A DNA stretch of 64,000 nt, from assembly GCF_001194135.2 (NCBI RefSeq), contig NC_068982.1, positions 164,010,100-164,074,099 on the forward strand. The letters run 5' to 3'. Below the pieces are notes generated by a model. The model was not told where the DNA came from. It saw nothing but the letters and a program-made list of their open reading frames with translations, and ran no database searches. A program made the position numbers and the translations under genes. Below are positions 38,059 through 51,570 of the stretch, in pieces (position 1 is the first letter of the stretch; each line of letters starts with the position of its first letter). The DNA comes from Octopus bimaculoides (taxonomy: Eukaryota).

Positions 38059-40049
38059 CATATGCATAGTTGTATGAATTTATGTATGTGTTCACGCAAC
38101 TATACACAAATCACATGTTCACGAACAATGATATACTCGTGTTTGTATTCATGTATGTGTACCTCTCTATACGTATTGACGCATGTGCGAGGGTATGGAT
38201 GTGCTTTATATATAGATAGCACGACACACTCATGTTAGTATTTATATATGTATACGTACAAAAGCGTATTAACGTGTATGAGTAAGTATTTGAGTGTGCT
38301 TTAGATATAGATAGTACAACAGATCATATGAAAGAAACATTAAAGTAAATTATTTCTTTTTTTATTGTTTAATTCCTCTTAAAGTTACCCTGTGTTCTTT
38401 TAATCTTGTTTCATAACCATTATTCCATATGATTTGTTCTTGTAATACTAACGGACTCGCCATACCATGAATGAAGAAATATAGTAAAGAAAAAGAAAAA
38501 GAAAAAAATGCTTCTGATCTGAATACTATTTCGACAAGCAGTGAAATAAATCAATGGATGAAGGACAAAAATCAATATTTGGTGGGAGTATCTGAAGAAA
38601 ATAAAATAAGGTCGTCATATGATTCTTTAATTATATTATAGAAACGACGTAATATTGTACAGAAGGGAAAAGCCGAAAGGGTTGGGGGCCAGGTCTTTTC
38701 CTTTCGAACGGAAACATCATTGTCTTCTGGCATACAGTGAAGGCGAGGGAGGAAGGCTTAACCTGCACTAAATTTTATGAAAGTTGGGTGACAGTTCCTT
38801 GTTTAATCCCATGTCAAACCAGGCGAGCAGAGCACTGAGCAAGAACCCATTAAAGCTATGGTCATCTTATTATTCATTTATGTACTTTTGTTTAGGCATC
38901 GTGTCCCTAGAACTACATTATCCAGTATAATCTTCCTATTTTTTTCTCAAGTCAGGATGGTACAATTTAAGGGAGTTTTGTCTGCTCTTTCTAACAGCTT
39001 AGCATAGTCGCAGTGGCTAGTTTATTTTACTGTTACCGACTTTGAGTGTAGGTTGACAACAGCTTAAGAGAAACTTGTTTTCGTGTTTACGACAATCTGT
39101 ATTATGTGCTGTGTACCGACAGAATCGCCCTGTGTGACTATCCACTTTGGGGGATTTTTTTATGTCTAACAATATTTATAAAATCATTTTACTTGTAATT
39201 CTTAATAAACAAATATTTTATTTCTATATCATTCACATTTATTTTTCTGTTTTTGTCGTTGTAATACATTTCGTTCATTCTCGCAAACAAAAGAAAGGTA
39301 ATAGTTATTTTTATCATAAACATCCTNNNNNNNNNNNNNNNNNNNNNNNNNNNNNNNNNNNNNNNNNNNNNNNNNNNNNNNNNNNNNNNNNNNNNNNNNN
39401 NNNNNNNNNNNNNNNNNNNNNNNNNNNNNNNNNNNNNNNNNNNNNNNNNNNNNNNNNNNNNNNNNNNNNNNNNNNNNNNNNNNNNNNNNNNNNNNNNNNN
39501 NNNNNNNNNNNNNNNNNNNNNNNNNNNNNNNNNNNNNNNNNNNNNNNNNNNNNNNNNNNNNNNNNNNNNNNNNNNNNNNNNNNNNNNNNNNNNNNNNNNN
39601 NNNNNNNNNNNNNNNNNNNNNNNNNNNNNNNNNNNNNNNNNNNNNNNNNNNNNNNNNNNNNNNNNNNNNNNNNNNNNNNNNNNNNNNNNNNNNNNNNNNN
39701 NNNNNNNNNNNNNNNNNNNNNNNNNNNNNNNNNNNNNNNNNNNNNNNNNNNNNNNNNNNNNNNNNNNNNNNNNNNNNNNNNNNNNNNNNNNNNNNNNNNN
39801 NNNNNNNNNNNNNNNNNNNNNNNNNNNNNNNNNNNNNNNNNNNNNNNNNNNNNNNNNNNNNNNNNNNNNNNNNNNNNNNNNNNNNNNNNNNNNNNNNNNN
39901 NNNNNNNNNNNNNNNNNNNNNNNNNNNNNNNNNNNNNNNNNNNNNNNNNNNNNNNNNNNNNNNNNNNNNNNNNNNNNNNNNNNNNNNNNNNNNNNNNNNN
40001 NNNNNNNNNNNNNNNNNNNNNNNNNNNNNNNNNNNNNNNNNNNNNNNNN

Positions 40050-40103
<54 letters not shown>

Positions 40104-40116
40104 ATAATAATAATAA

Positions 40117-40661
40117 GATGCCCGGATGCAGTACCAGGCAGTGGATCTCATGGCGCCTGATCTTAATTGATTGGAAGTGTTATCATGTACGTTGTTTTGT
40201 CTTGGTATAAAAAGATGGGCTACAGTAAATATTCTGCTTAATACCACAGATTTGCTTGTCAGTTGTTTGACCTTAACCAGTTGAGCATGTCCCTTGGTGG
40301 CTGATGATATGTGCATCTCTGATCACGAGCAGAAGTAGTGGGGGAGCATCATAACCATGTGTTGGGGTTTGAATAATTCACCTTTGAAAACATGAGCGTT
40401 TTGCTCAACATCCTTAAAAAAACCTTATTCAGGGACCTTTTGAGCGGGATGGGCTATTCGACCTGAAGAAAATTCTAACTGGCCCCCCACCTGCGAGGTC
40501 ATGCGGTGTTTATCTTGATATGAGATCACAATGTCACGCACATATGGTTGTGATGCATTTGCCTGGTGTACCCTTATCAGACAGTTAGTCATGATGGGTA
40601 TAATGGGCTTCATATATTTTACCCCAGTGTCACTTTGATGGCATGCACTGCTCTCTCACTC
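40117..40661. mobile_element. Unclassified ~545-bp interspersed-repeat-like element between (TAC)n/(TAA)n and (AAT)n arrays
   Basis: GC-richer block with sharp boundaries at trinucleotide arrays on both sides; no convincing ORF. I recall similar octopus repeats, but there is only one copy in this window. Confidence 0.5.
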
Positions 40662-40679
40662 AATAATAATAATAATAAT

Positions 40680-40800
40680 GGCTTCAAATATTGGTACAAG
40701 GCCAGCAATTTCAGGGGTGTGGGTAAGTGGATTATATCAACCCCATTGCTCAGCTCATACTTATTTTATCGACTCGAAAGGATGAAAGGATAAGTCGGCC
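40680..40800 (-). mobile_element. SINE family A 3' half
   Basis: ggcttcaaatattggtacaaggccagcaatttc...acttattttatcgactcgaaaggatgaaagg. Confidence 0.75.
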
Positions 40801-40841
40801 TTTCAATGCAAAATTCCCAAGATGTTACATCTTATTTTTTG

Positions 40842-41040
40842 TGGTGAGCTGGCAGATTCGTTAGCACGCCGGACAAAAGGTTTAGCGACATATCGTCCGT
40901 CTTACGTTCTGAGTTCAAGTTCTGCTGAGGTCGACTGTGCCTTTGTTATATTCAGGCTCGATAAAATAATTACTGGGATCTATGTAATCGGCTAGCCCTC
41001 TCCCCACAAATTTCAGGCCTTGTGCTTGTAGTAGTAAGGA
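40842..41040 (+). mobile_element. SINE family A copy
   Basis: ggtgagctggcagattcgttagcacgccggac...gttctgagttcaagttc...caaatttcaggccttgtgcttgtagtagtaagg. Confidence 0.8.
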
Positions 41041-42530
41041 ATATACAATATTCACATAACAAATATTCCTTTCTATCATGGTAATTTATTCCTTCTGCTT
41101 GACAGAAGGAATAAATAGATAATCCAGCACGTACGCCCCTAATATTAGATAAAACTTATATTGAATGGAAAGCCGCACTTTCAACACATCTGTTACATTA
41201 TAAGAACGTATAGATTCTTTTTGAAGTAACCCTATATTCGACCCTTTAAAATAAGAATTATTCAAAAATAGAATCACACCAAGTTTGGGAACGAACAACT
41301 TTGATATTTGCGTTGGACAGAATGATGATAGTATCATGTAATATGTAATGTATTTATATCTTTTTCCCCGTTGCTTGTGCTTACCGGATCGATATTAATC
41401 CTGTTTTGAATATGACCCTATCTAATCTGATGGACTCAATTACGTTTCATAGAGACTGTCAGAAGCGCTTAATTTTAAACTCTTCAAATTGCTTCTACTT
41501 AAGTTCCGTAACATTTACGGTCATTTTATAATCTTTTTATCAATTTCGACAGCCGAAAGGTGCATTAGATAAGTTAATGCCTCTATAAGAGAAATGTGAT
41601 AATGGTATTTAAATGGCAAGATCTTTCTTTGTCTACTTTTACTGACTTATCTGTTTCTCTCTTATAAGACACAGTTAATCTTTAACTTGGTAATCTGGCG
41701 CAGAAATGTTTTAGTTTGAACAACTATAGCCAATTAAAACTGACTGTGTGGTCTTCATGTTATTGGCTGTGTGTGAATATTGCGCTTAGTGTGTGTATAT
41801 GTGGGTGCGTTCGCGCGTGCGTATGCACGTATGTTTTATCAGACGTAAAGTGCAATACTAATAACAGGTTTTCATACTGATAGCTGCATAAATTTTACAT
41901 CATTCATTTGACAATAGTTTGTTAGTGGTGTGTGTCTGACATTATTGTAAGTAAACACTTAATCTAATAACCCAGGTCATAACTTCTGAACATTGCTCCT
42001 TCTTTGACGTTATAAGTTTGTATTGTTTTCTTGGAGTAGTTAAATATAAACTGTAGAAATATAGATCGATTTTGACTAGAGACGAACAATTTTCGTAGGG
42101 GAAGGATGTATGCTAGTTGGTTCATATTGCATCGATTTTCAAAGTACTGAAAGCATAATTATCGAATATTACTTACATTATTATATGTCATGATATAGCT
42201 TTTTCAATTAAGATCCTTTACTTTCCTCATGAACACACGGTATTAATATTTAAGAGATAATGGTTTTATTATGAGTTGTACTGATGATTGTATATTGACA
42301 TGTATGTTCTGAATTCAAATTTCATTGCAGTCGATACGACTTGAGGCTGATAAAATATGTACCAGTCAAAAATTGGAGTCGATATTGTTGACTATGCCTC
42401 ACCTCTCAAATTGTGGACTTGTTGCCTATGTTAGAAACCACTATTACCATTTCTGGAAACTATAAACATGAAGGCAGTGAATAGTCGTTGCAGTTGTGCA
42501 AATGAGTTAGCCAGTAGATGAGAATATTCT

Positions 42531-42742
42531 TTTCTTCTCTAGGCACAAGACCCGAAATTTTGGAGGAGAGGGCCAGTGGATTAGATCAACCCCAGTATGC
42601 AACTGGCACTTAATTTATCGACCCCGAAAGGTTGAAAGGCAAAGTCGACCTCAGCGGAATTTGAACTCAGAGCATAAAGACAGATGAAATACCGCTAAGC
42701 ATTTCGCCCGGCGCGCTAACCTTTCTGCCAGCTCGACGCCTT
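42531..42742 (-). mobile_element. SINE family A, well-preserved copy
   Basis: aggcacaagacccgaaattttgg...ttatcgaccccgaaagg...gaatttgaactcagagc...gctaagcatttcgcccggcgcgctaac...ctgccagctcgacgcctt. Confidence 0.88.
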
Positions 42743-44039
42743 CCAGTAGATGACAATATTCTGAGATCCTACATTTGGATTGTACCGGATAATAATTATA
42801 ATCTATCAAGTTTTTAGCAGTTTCTGAGATATAAATACTATATTCTTGTAAATCAACTTAAGAATTCAATATTTTGTATTTTACTGTTGAGACAGACTTT
42901 ATACAGATATTCCATTAATGTCAGAAAAGTATCACGGAATGAATGACATTTTTTTTCTTGTTTTCCTTTAACGGAAATATTAAAAAACGGGCTAAATCCA
43001 TTTTTGAGTTACAAACATCGGCAGAAGTTTTTATTTTTGGTTTTAGAGTATTACATCTAAAAAAATATACACTTCATTAGTTATACCTTGTTTTTTATTA
43101 TCAGAATACTCTAGAAAAATCTACACTTAGCATAATTGAAAATACTGAAGAAAAACAGTTAAAAATGTAATTTAATCAGATAATGAGAGGAAGTACTGAT
43201 AACAACAGTAGTAATTTGAAATTGATTATATCAATGGAGTTCCTGTTCAGTTTGATAGTTTGAATTTACACAGAATGATGCTTCTTGAGAAACGTAGTCA
43301 GCTAGTAGATTTACGAAAACTGCATCTCCGTGGGTGAGGGTACGATATACAAACTGTTCAGATTGAACATACTTAAGATGTTGAGAAAAAGAGACGCAGG
43401 TTCCTGGATTGCAGTGCCTGCAACAGAAGCTGTTGTAATAATAGCAGGGTAGACATTGAAGAGAAACAACGAATATGTGAGCCAATGGTTGTTTTCTACC
43501 AAGCTGCTGGAGGAGACCAGACTGTATAAGCAAGCAGCAGCAGCAATAACAAAAGTAGCCGGAGCAACACCATCACAAATGCACAAACATATTTTGATTA
43601 CAATTTTAAACTATGAAACTAACAAGTACCATTAAAATCTACAATCGCAAACCTCTTTATGTAAAGAGAAAGTTATTGGTCGTGTAAATTTGCGATGCGG
43701 TGTGGATCTAATTAGAGGTTATTTAATTTCGCGATTATTATACTCAGGAAATGTATATGCATTGCAATATATACGTGTATTTTCCTATAAATGAATGCCA
43801 TTTGTGGCTAGTTAAAACAAATCAATATATTCGGATGTGGTTACGCAAATCATTTAACCCTGATACTAATTCTAAAGACATTTTAAAAATTAATGTGTTT
43901 AAGCCAGGAACTGCAAAGATATAGTGAACAGAATGGTACATCAATATTTAAAGAGCCGTTAATTGGTATCCTGATTTCTATATGACACTCAACGCTCAAC
44001 TGTAGCGGTAGCACTGTAAAATTAATGAGTGTTTCTGTT

Positions 44040-44055
44040 GTTGCTGTTATTATTA

Positions 44056-44113
<58 letters not shown>
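44040..44113. repeat. (ATT)n microsatellite
   Basis: Directly visible. Confidence 0.95.
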
Positions 44114-44114
<1 letters not shown>

Positions 44115-45412
44115 GCTGTGCTGAATTGATATTTTGTGTTTATAGCTTGAGTTCTAGCAAGGTGGTTAACTTGAAATAAAATATAGAGACAACGTCTTTA
44201 CGATATCACTACGGACCAATGGCTTAAATACCATTCTAGAACGTTATGTAATTATCGATAACGACAGCTTATGTTACCCTCGTTGATGCATCGTTTGAAC
44301 AATTATTATGTATATACCTTCATTGGTGAACTACAACAATTGGGAATGATTCAGTTCGTATTTTGTCTTAATTTGATACTTCAAATAGCCACCCAAATTA
44401 ACTTTGGCAATTCAGTCATGTATATAAAAAATAAAAATGCTTTATTGATGATTGTTATTTTCCTTGACACCGTTCCACAAAACACTATGTTGTATATCTA
44501 CCTACCTTGAACCGAATCATTTCCCTTAACAACAGAGTGACATTGATTAAATCTTGACGCTCATGAATTATGCACTAGTCATACAAGGTTTAAGTTATTG
44601 ACAGTAGAGTGTTTTTGGTGCAAACCGTTATACTAGTGGTAGAGGAGGTATAAAGAATAAATAACGAATAAGAAGTAACAGCTAAGATGGGAGATCGAAA
44701 ATTTTTTTACTAGCACTCACCTCTGTGCATTATGAATATGTTATATCCTACAAGTTTATTCGTCATTTTTAGTCACTTTACTTTTATATGTAGCTATTCA
44801 GGAAAGTATATTTTTGTCCAATGATTTTTCTAACTTCAATTCCTACGATCTATCAGTAAAATATCCTTCTATTGTATAAGGTGGCTCAAAAGTCCTTTCA
44901 GCATGAATAGGAAGCGATTAATTGCCAATTTCAGTAGAGTCTCTTAACCCTATGAAGCCGCGAATACGCTTCAGCTGTAGCTGGAACAGTTTCGTTTGAA
45001 CGTTTCTGTGAATAAGCGATCTGAAAACACAAAGCCATTGGGCCATCTGTTATCGCCTCTTCGAGAGGTATAGTCAAACGAAATCGCACATGCAAAGCGC
45101 ATTCGCAGTTTCACAACGTTATTGCGGGTTTTGTATCTTTCGCCGTCCTTTACAATTCCCATTTTCCCACCACCGCATTCATCACATCTTTACTGCATTC
45201 CTTATCTCTGACACCAATCTCCTGATAAACTTCCTGGGCTCAAGAAATTTAAGATGGCCAGTGTACTGCTTCCTTTTTTACACCACTTTTTGTCGGGAAT
45301 AACCGAATAGCTGTACTATAGTATCTCGAGATATTTGAACAGGATTATCTTTATATTGTGGCATTTTTATGTCAATGAATACTCTTGTATGTTTTAATTA
45401 TGACATTTTACT

Positions 45413-45444
<32 letters not shown>

Positions 45445-46321
45445 CGTGTGTGTGTGTGTGTGTACAAATATTCTAAATATATATATTTATACACACACAC
45501 ACACACACACACATACATACATACATGCATATATATATACATATACACACACGCACGCACACGCACACGCACGCACACACACACGCACACACACACAAAC
45601 GGAATTATAATAGCTTCAAAGAGTAAAATGTCTATACATTATTTAAATGCTAAATTAAGGATTCCTTAATTGCTCTGTTGAATGTTGTCGTTGTCTATAG
45701 AGGTAGTGTGAGGTTATTTAAGGTACTTATGCGTTGTCAGTTACGTAGGTCTACCACACACACCTAGGTGCAACGATTCGAAGTATCGATCCTCCAATTG
45801 ACCGATTGACAACCATTACGATTCGACTAGTTGCCTATTCTCTTCTACTCGATTCATCTTTACTATTTGGCAAATTCAATGAGATATACTTTGTTACAAC
45901 ATTTTATGACAAACAACTTTATTAGACATGATATATCAAAATAAATGTTTTTCAAAAAATAAATGCACTCTATAGACATGGACAAACAATACATCATTGT
46001 TAAAAATGAACGATAACACACGTTATTATATATACTAAAGTGACGTTCGTAATTGATCAGATATAAAAGAGAGGTATAGTTGAGGTGTCTTTGAACATAT
46101 AATAGGAGACACAAAAGACGTTTGAATATCGGTTTTATGTCTGAAGAATGTTCATTTAACATAGGCAGTTGTTAATATTGTTCGTTTAACTTTTCTCATA
46201 TTAATTACAACTGCGTCAAATTGCTGTCAAAATATAAACAGTTCAACGCAGAAAAAATATCAAAGACACTGTATAATTCATTTTTGAAATTGGCACATAT
46301 GCTATAATTTGGGTATATTAT

Positions 46322-46460
46322 ATTGGTTTCAAATTTTGGCGCAAGGCCAGCGGTTTCGGGTGAGCTGGTTAGTTGATTACATCGACCCCAGTACTCAAAT
46401 GATACTTATTTTATCGACCCTGAAAGGATGAAAAGCAAAGTCGACCTCTGCGGAATTTGG
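46322..46460 (-). mobile_element. SINE family A 3' portion
   Basis: attggtttcaaattttggcgcaaggccagc...acatcgaccccagtactc...gtcgacctctgcggaattt. Confidence 0.8.
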
Positions 46461-47221
46461 GTATATTACATTGACAGCACTTCATATATTAAATCCTCGA
46501 GGTTGACAGACAACGTTGGTGTTAGTAGAATTTAAACTAAAAACTTCAATAACTTAAATACGACAAGAATTTTAATGTTGCGTTACATTGTTTTTGAATA
46601 CCCGCCGAAATCTTTGCTTTATGAAATATAAACCATTTATAAATGATCGATTAATTTGAAAGACGGAAGCCATTTCCCCCAAATATTCTAAAAGGGTGTC
46701 TTGTAATGCTTATACCAGTCAATTATCACCAAAAAAAGTTGTGAGATTGTGATCAAAGAATGGAAAGGTGAGGCTTTGCAGTGCTGTAGGTTTTCTTTCT
46801 TTTCTTTTTTTATTGTAAGTAAACGGAAAGTACTAAAACTGGTAGGGGTATAGTCAATGGAATCAACTTTCGTTTATTATTTGAACTTATTTCACTGATA
46901 CGTGTGTGTGTGTCGAAGTTAGTTAAATAAGGAGAATTTGACACAGAGCATACTGAAACGAAACTGCTGTTTAGGTCGGAAGATATTTTCATGGATCCAA
47001 GACCACAAATTTATTAGTATTGGAAAGTATCCAGTTCATTGATTTAAATCTGCTGTAAGGTTTGGTCCTAATTTATATTGTGGACCTCTTTGCAAAGAAA
47101 TGCATATTTGACATGGGTAACGACTGAGCAGTAGTTGAACATTAAGATCGTTTCTCTTTCATTTGTACTTTTTAAAGAGTCTTGCTTTTAAAAGTGTGCG
47201 TGTGTGTGCGAATGAATATTG

Positions 47222-47419
47222 ATTGCAAACTTTGGCGCAAGGCGAGCAAGGTCGGGGGAAGGGGCTAATCGATTCCATTGACCTCAGTACTCAACTGGTG
47301 CTCATTTTATCGACCCAGAAAGGGTAAAAGGTAAAGTCGACCTCGGCGGAATTTGAACTGAGAAGCTAAAGACGGACAAAATGCCCGGGTTGCCAGCGAT
47401 TCTTCCAGATCGCCGCCTT
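47222..47419 (-). mobile_element. SINE family A copy
   Basis: caaactttggcgcaaggc...ttttatcgacccagaaaggg...gtcgacctcggcggaatttgaact...gatcgccgcctt. Confidence 0.8.
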
Positions 47420-49696
47420 AGGTGTGAATGAATATTAACGTATATGTATTGGAATGCTAAAGAGTGTTAAATAGATGATATTGATGTGAAGGCAGTATAT
47501 TCTAACCAGTGTCTCATTTCATCTTTGACAGTGTCCCAGATTTGGGCAGATATCCGGGCTCTTCTGCATCGTTTTGGTACATTGCATGCTGGCACAGACC
47601 GGTAGTCGCTTAAATCGATTCCTGAATTTCACTGATACGCTATGGCATCGACCCTGGGAGGATGGAGTCAAATGACCTCATAACGTAAAGAATCGGAGCA
47701 AAAGCTGCAAGACATTTCGTCTCCACCGTTTTAAAAAGGAAGAACATTGAGATACGAAAGTAAATGCTGCAGGATGTTTAAATCTGTGTACTTCTCCTTC
47801 AATCAAATCCATCACCCTAGCAACTGAATTAATGATTTAGTGAAATGTTTCAGTCTGAATAAGTTTTTAGTCTTGATATTTGAAATGGAAATATCTCAGA
47901 AATTCTCTTAGCTATTGTTTAAATATTGGAACTGAACACAGGAAATCAATAACGTGGTTTATATGAAATGGAATTAAAGAATAAATATGATTTTTTGCAC
48001 CGAAGATAACAAATTAAATTGTTGATATTTAAGTTCTTAATAATTCCTTGGTTTTTCTTTTGGACTATTTAGCTTGTTGTCTTACAGCAAGAGATGTTCT
48101 ATTGATTAAGTTGCGTATGTAATTGTTTTGTCAGACTATATGTGTCTCTATAGCTTAATATATGTGTGTGTGTATCTCAACGGTTGTATTTATATAGTTA
48201 TGCGTGCTTGTGCGTGCGTATGCATGTAATTAACATATGTAAATACTTGTGTTATTGTTATATAAGTGTATTTGCGTGTATAGTTGAGTGTACGTCACTG
48301 ATTACAAGAGTGGCGTCGAGTGATGATAGCGTATATGTGAGCATGTAAATTTACATATATGTGCTTCTGCATTGTCCTATATGTGACTGTGTGTTTGAAT
48401 ATATGTGTGAGTGTACATGTGACTAATAGAACTGCATATCTGAAACTATATAACTGGCTGTATGTACGTGGTTTATGTTAAATAATGTGTTGTAGATGTG
48501 AGAATACGTTCGGTTGGTTATGTACAGCTTCGCTGATAGCCGTCTGTAAGTGTATGTTCGTGCGCAAGTATCTATATGATTCTCTCTCTTACACACCATT
48601 TCCATGTATGTGTGGCTGCATAAATGTTACGATAGCTGGGAATATTTCATTGTCTATGGTGTAAAATTATGTCTTGCAAGATGCATGATTAGATATGTGC
48701 GTGGATGTGTGTTGCTACGAGTATTTGCAGAATAGTGTCTGGATGCAAATGGTTGCGAATATTGGGTGAGCGTGGTACGTGCTATTACATACGTGTATAT
48801 GTATATGTGTATGTTCTTCGTGGAACTATATGCAGTTTATTGAGTGCTTGTACGTGAGTCTGCAAGCATGCCTGTATGTCGAGTGTTCACGATTGTTCGC
48901 ACGTGTGTATTTAACGGATGGAAGACTAATCGTATCTGGTTAAGAGTGCGTGTATTTATGTGTGTATAACGATGTGTGCTAATTGTTTGTATATAATACT
49001 TCCCAGCATATCTTTAGTAATGTTCAGAAGAAGACAAGAATGGAACGATTACGTAATGGATTATTTATACTAGAAAATAGAAGCTTTATGAAGAGTTATG
49101 TAAATCAGATCGGGATAGCGATAGCAGATATATGAATGAAATCAACTAGCGTTTTCGGCATTCGACAAGCATTAATATGAATTATTTTGTCTAGATTCAT
49201 CGAAATAAACTTACCCAGTCTGTCTGTTAAGAAATCCAGTAAATATAATTAATAATTTCCGTACAGTATGAATGAGAGTAACTCAGTTTAAAGTTTAAAA
49301 AAATATATTTAAACTTTGAGATCTTAAGGAGACGAATAAGAGAGATATGATGTGATGCAGCAGCGATTTTGTTTTCATTTTCTATCAATATTTTTAATTA
49401 TTTATGCTAAAACGCATCCATGAACGAAGTGGAGCGAAATTGCTTCAACTTGAAATTGAAATCAAGGATATTATCTTGTCTTTCAAAGAATTTATATCTA
49501 TTCGAATATCTGGAGTAATACAAACATTATCTGACGAAAATATGATAATACAGAATTAGCGGGACTTGTGCTTAACTAAATTGCTGAACCTCTTATATTG
49601 GTTGGCGTCACTAGAAATGATACAAAGACGATAAAAGCTTTATTAACAACAATTCCTTCTTGCAGCTAAAAATGAAATACCGCGATTAGAAACTAA

Positions 49697-49824
<128 letters not shown>

Positions 49825-50953
49825 GGAAAGACTGAGAACTGGATTTGTGATGAATTGCTGTGGGTGGTAGAAACAAAGTATAATTGACAAGAAATCATTC
49901 TGTGTGTAGTGTTAAGCCTTCAAATTTCAAGAAGCACATCGCACTGAGGAAATAGGTTATGTTGCAACAGAAAAAATGTTGAACTTCATAAAACCCATCT
50001 TCCAGTTTAGCAATCCGGCTTCCCTTTTGAGTGCTTTCATCATCATCATCAATACTCCGAATTATTACCATCAAGTACACAATAGAAAGACAAAGATGTT
50101 TTGTTCTTCGTATTTTTTGGTGGCTTAGCACTATAACCAATCCAATCCACTGTAAATTCGAGTCATTGGTGTTAGAGCAATATTAATATCTAACTTTGCG
50201 CATGACCAGAAATTAGTGGATAAACGTTATAGTCTATAGTGTCATTTACATCACCACTTGACTGATACTATATTTTATTTATAAGGATATGAAAAGCAAA
50301 GTTCATAACAGTTGGATTTGATCTCAAAACCTAAGTTCAAACCTCATCAACATCGACTTTACCTTCGCTCCTTAGCAGGACTGACAAGTGTTTCTTTTGC
50401 TAGCTGTTAGTGTTGGCCTTTTATTTCCGCACAACAAAGGTCTAAATTCAATTCTATCTCCTATCACAACTACTACGACTGCCACGTCGATTTCCCCAGC
50501 AGGAAGGCTGAGAGTAACGAGCATATTTTTTATATTTTTAGACATACGTTAGACCTACAGTTCTAGGATTCTCGGTGCAGCTGTGACTGCAAACTTGAAA
50601 ATAGATTCGTGGGAAAGAGGGAATGGCATCAATATTATTTTTGTCTGCTACAAGTTGACTGCTCCTCATTCAAAACCAAATACGGTTGATTTTGTGCCAA
50701 ACAAAACAACCAACAGTCTAAAAATGTGTGCCATGTTACCGAGAACTGTGATAGAATCTAATCAGTCAAACTATTTGGAAAAGAAATCTTGTAATCAATA
50801 AGACAAGTTCAACTGGAAAGCAATATATATTGTCGAAGTAAGCTTTGATGTTTCACTGATATCAAATATGATAAGAGGAATAGAGGATGCCAGGCTGATT
50901 GACTTGGGAGATATCGGGGAAGATTGCTAATTGATTTTTTACTCTCTTTGCGA

Positions 50954-50959
<6 letters not shown>

Positions 50960-50989
<30 letters not shown>

Positions 50990-51003
50990 NNNNNNNNNNG
51001 CGA

Positions 51004-51042
<39 letters not shown>

Positions 51043-51514
51043 CAGCTACACATAAACACGCATATATGCGTATCTGTGCATGTGTGTATGAATATATATA
51101 TATATCGTAAGGGGTGGGGGGACTGTAATGATAATATAACGTAACTTAAATTTACGCTGTATTTCTTTGTAAAAGGCTATACATAAATATATATTTATGT
51201 ATACACAAACACACACATATACACATACATACACACGCACATATATATATATATATGATATGCATACATATATAGAGAGATGGATATACGCGTGTGATGT
51301 CTCTGTCGATATATATATATATATATGTGTATATCTATATGTGTGTATACGTAGATATGCGTATAATTATATATATATTCATATATATTCACACATAAAA
51401 ATAGAAGCACACCTGTGGCATGTATGTATATATATCTCTGCGTGTGTTCCATGCGCGTGTACATGTGTAAGTCTATTTGTATATTATACATATATGTACA
51501 TCCATGTATATACG

Positions 51515-51568
<54 letters not shown>

Positions 51569-51570
51569 AG
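50960..51570. repeat. Degenerate (TA)n/(TATG)n microsatellite field
   Basis: Directly visible; source of several spurious ORFs. Confidence 0.9.

Noticed and set aside
48100-49000. Long TG/TA-biased region that looks like a satellite
   Set aside because: No fixed period is visible; best explained as an ancient decayed microsatellite field.
50950-51040. gcgaaacaatatatat duplicated on both sides of a 10-N gap
   Set aside because: Typical contig-overlap assembly artefact.
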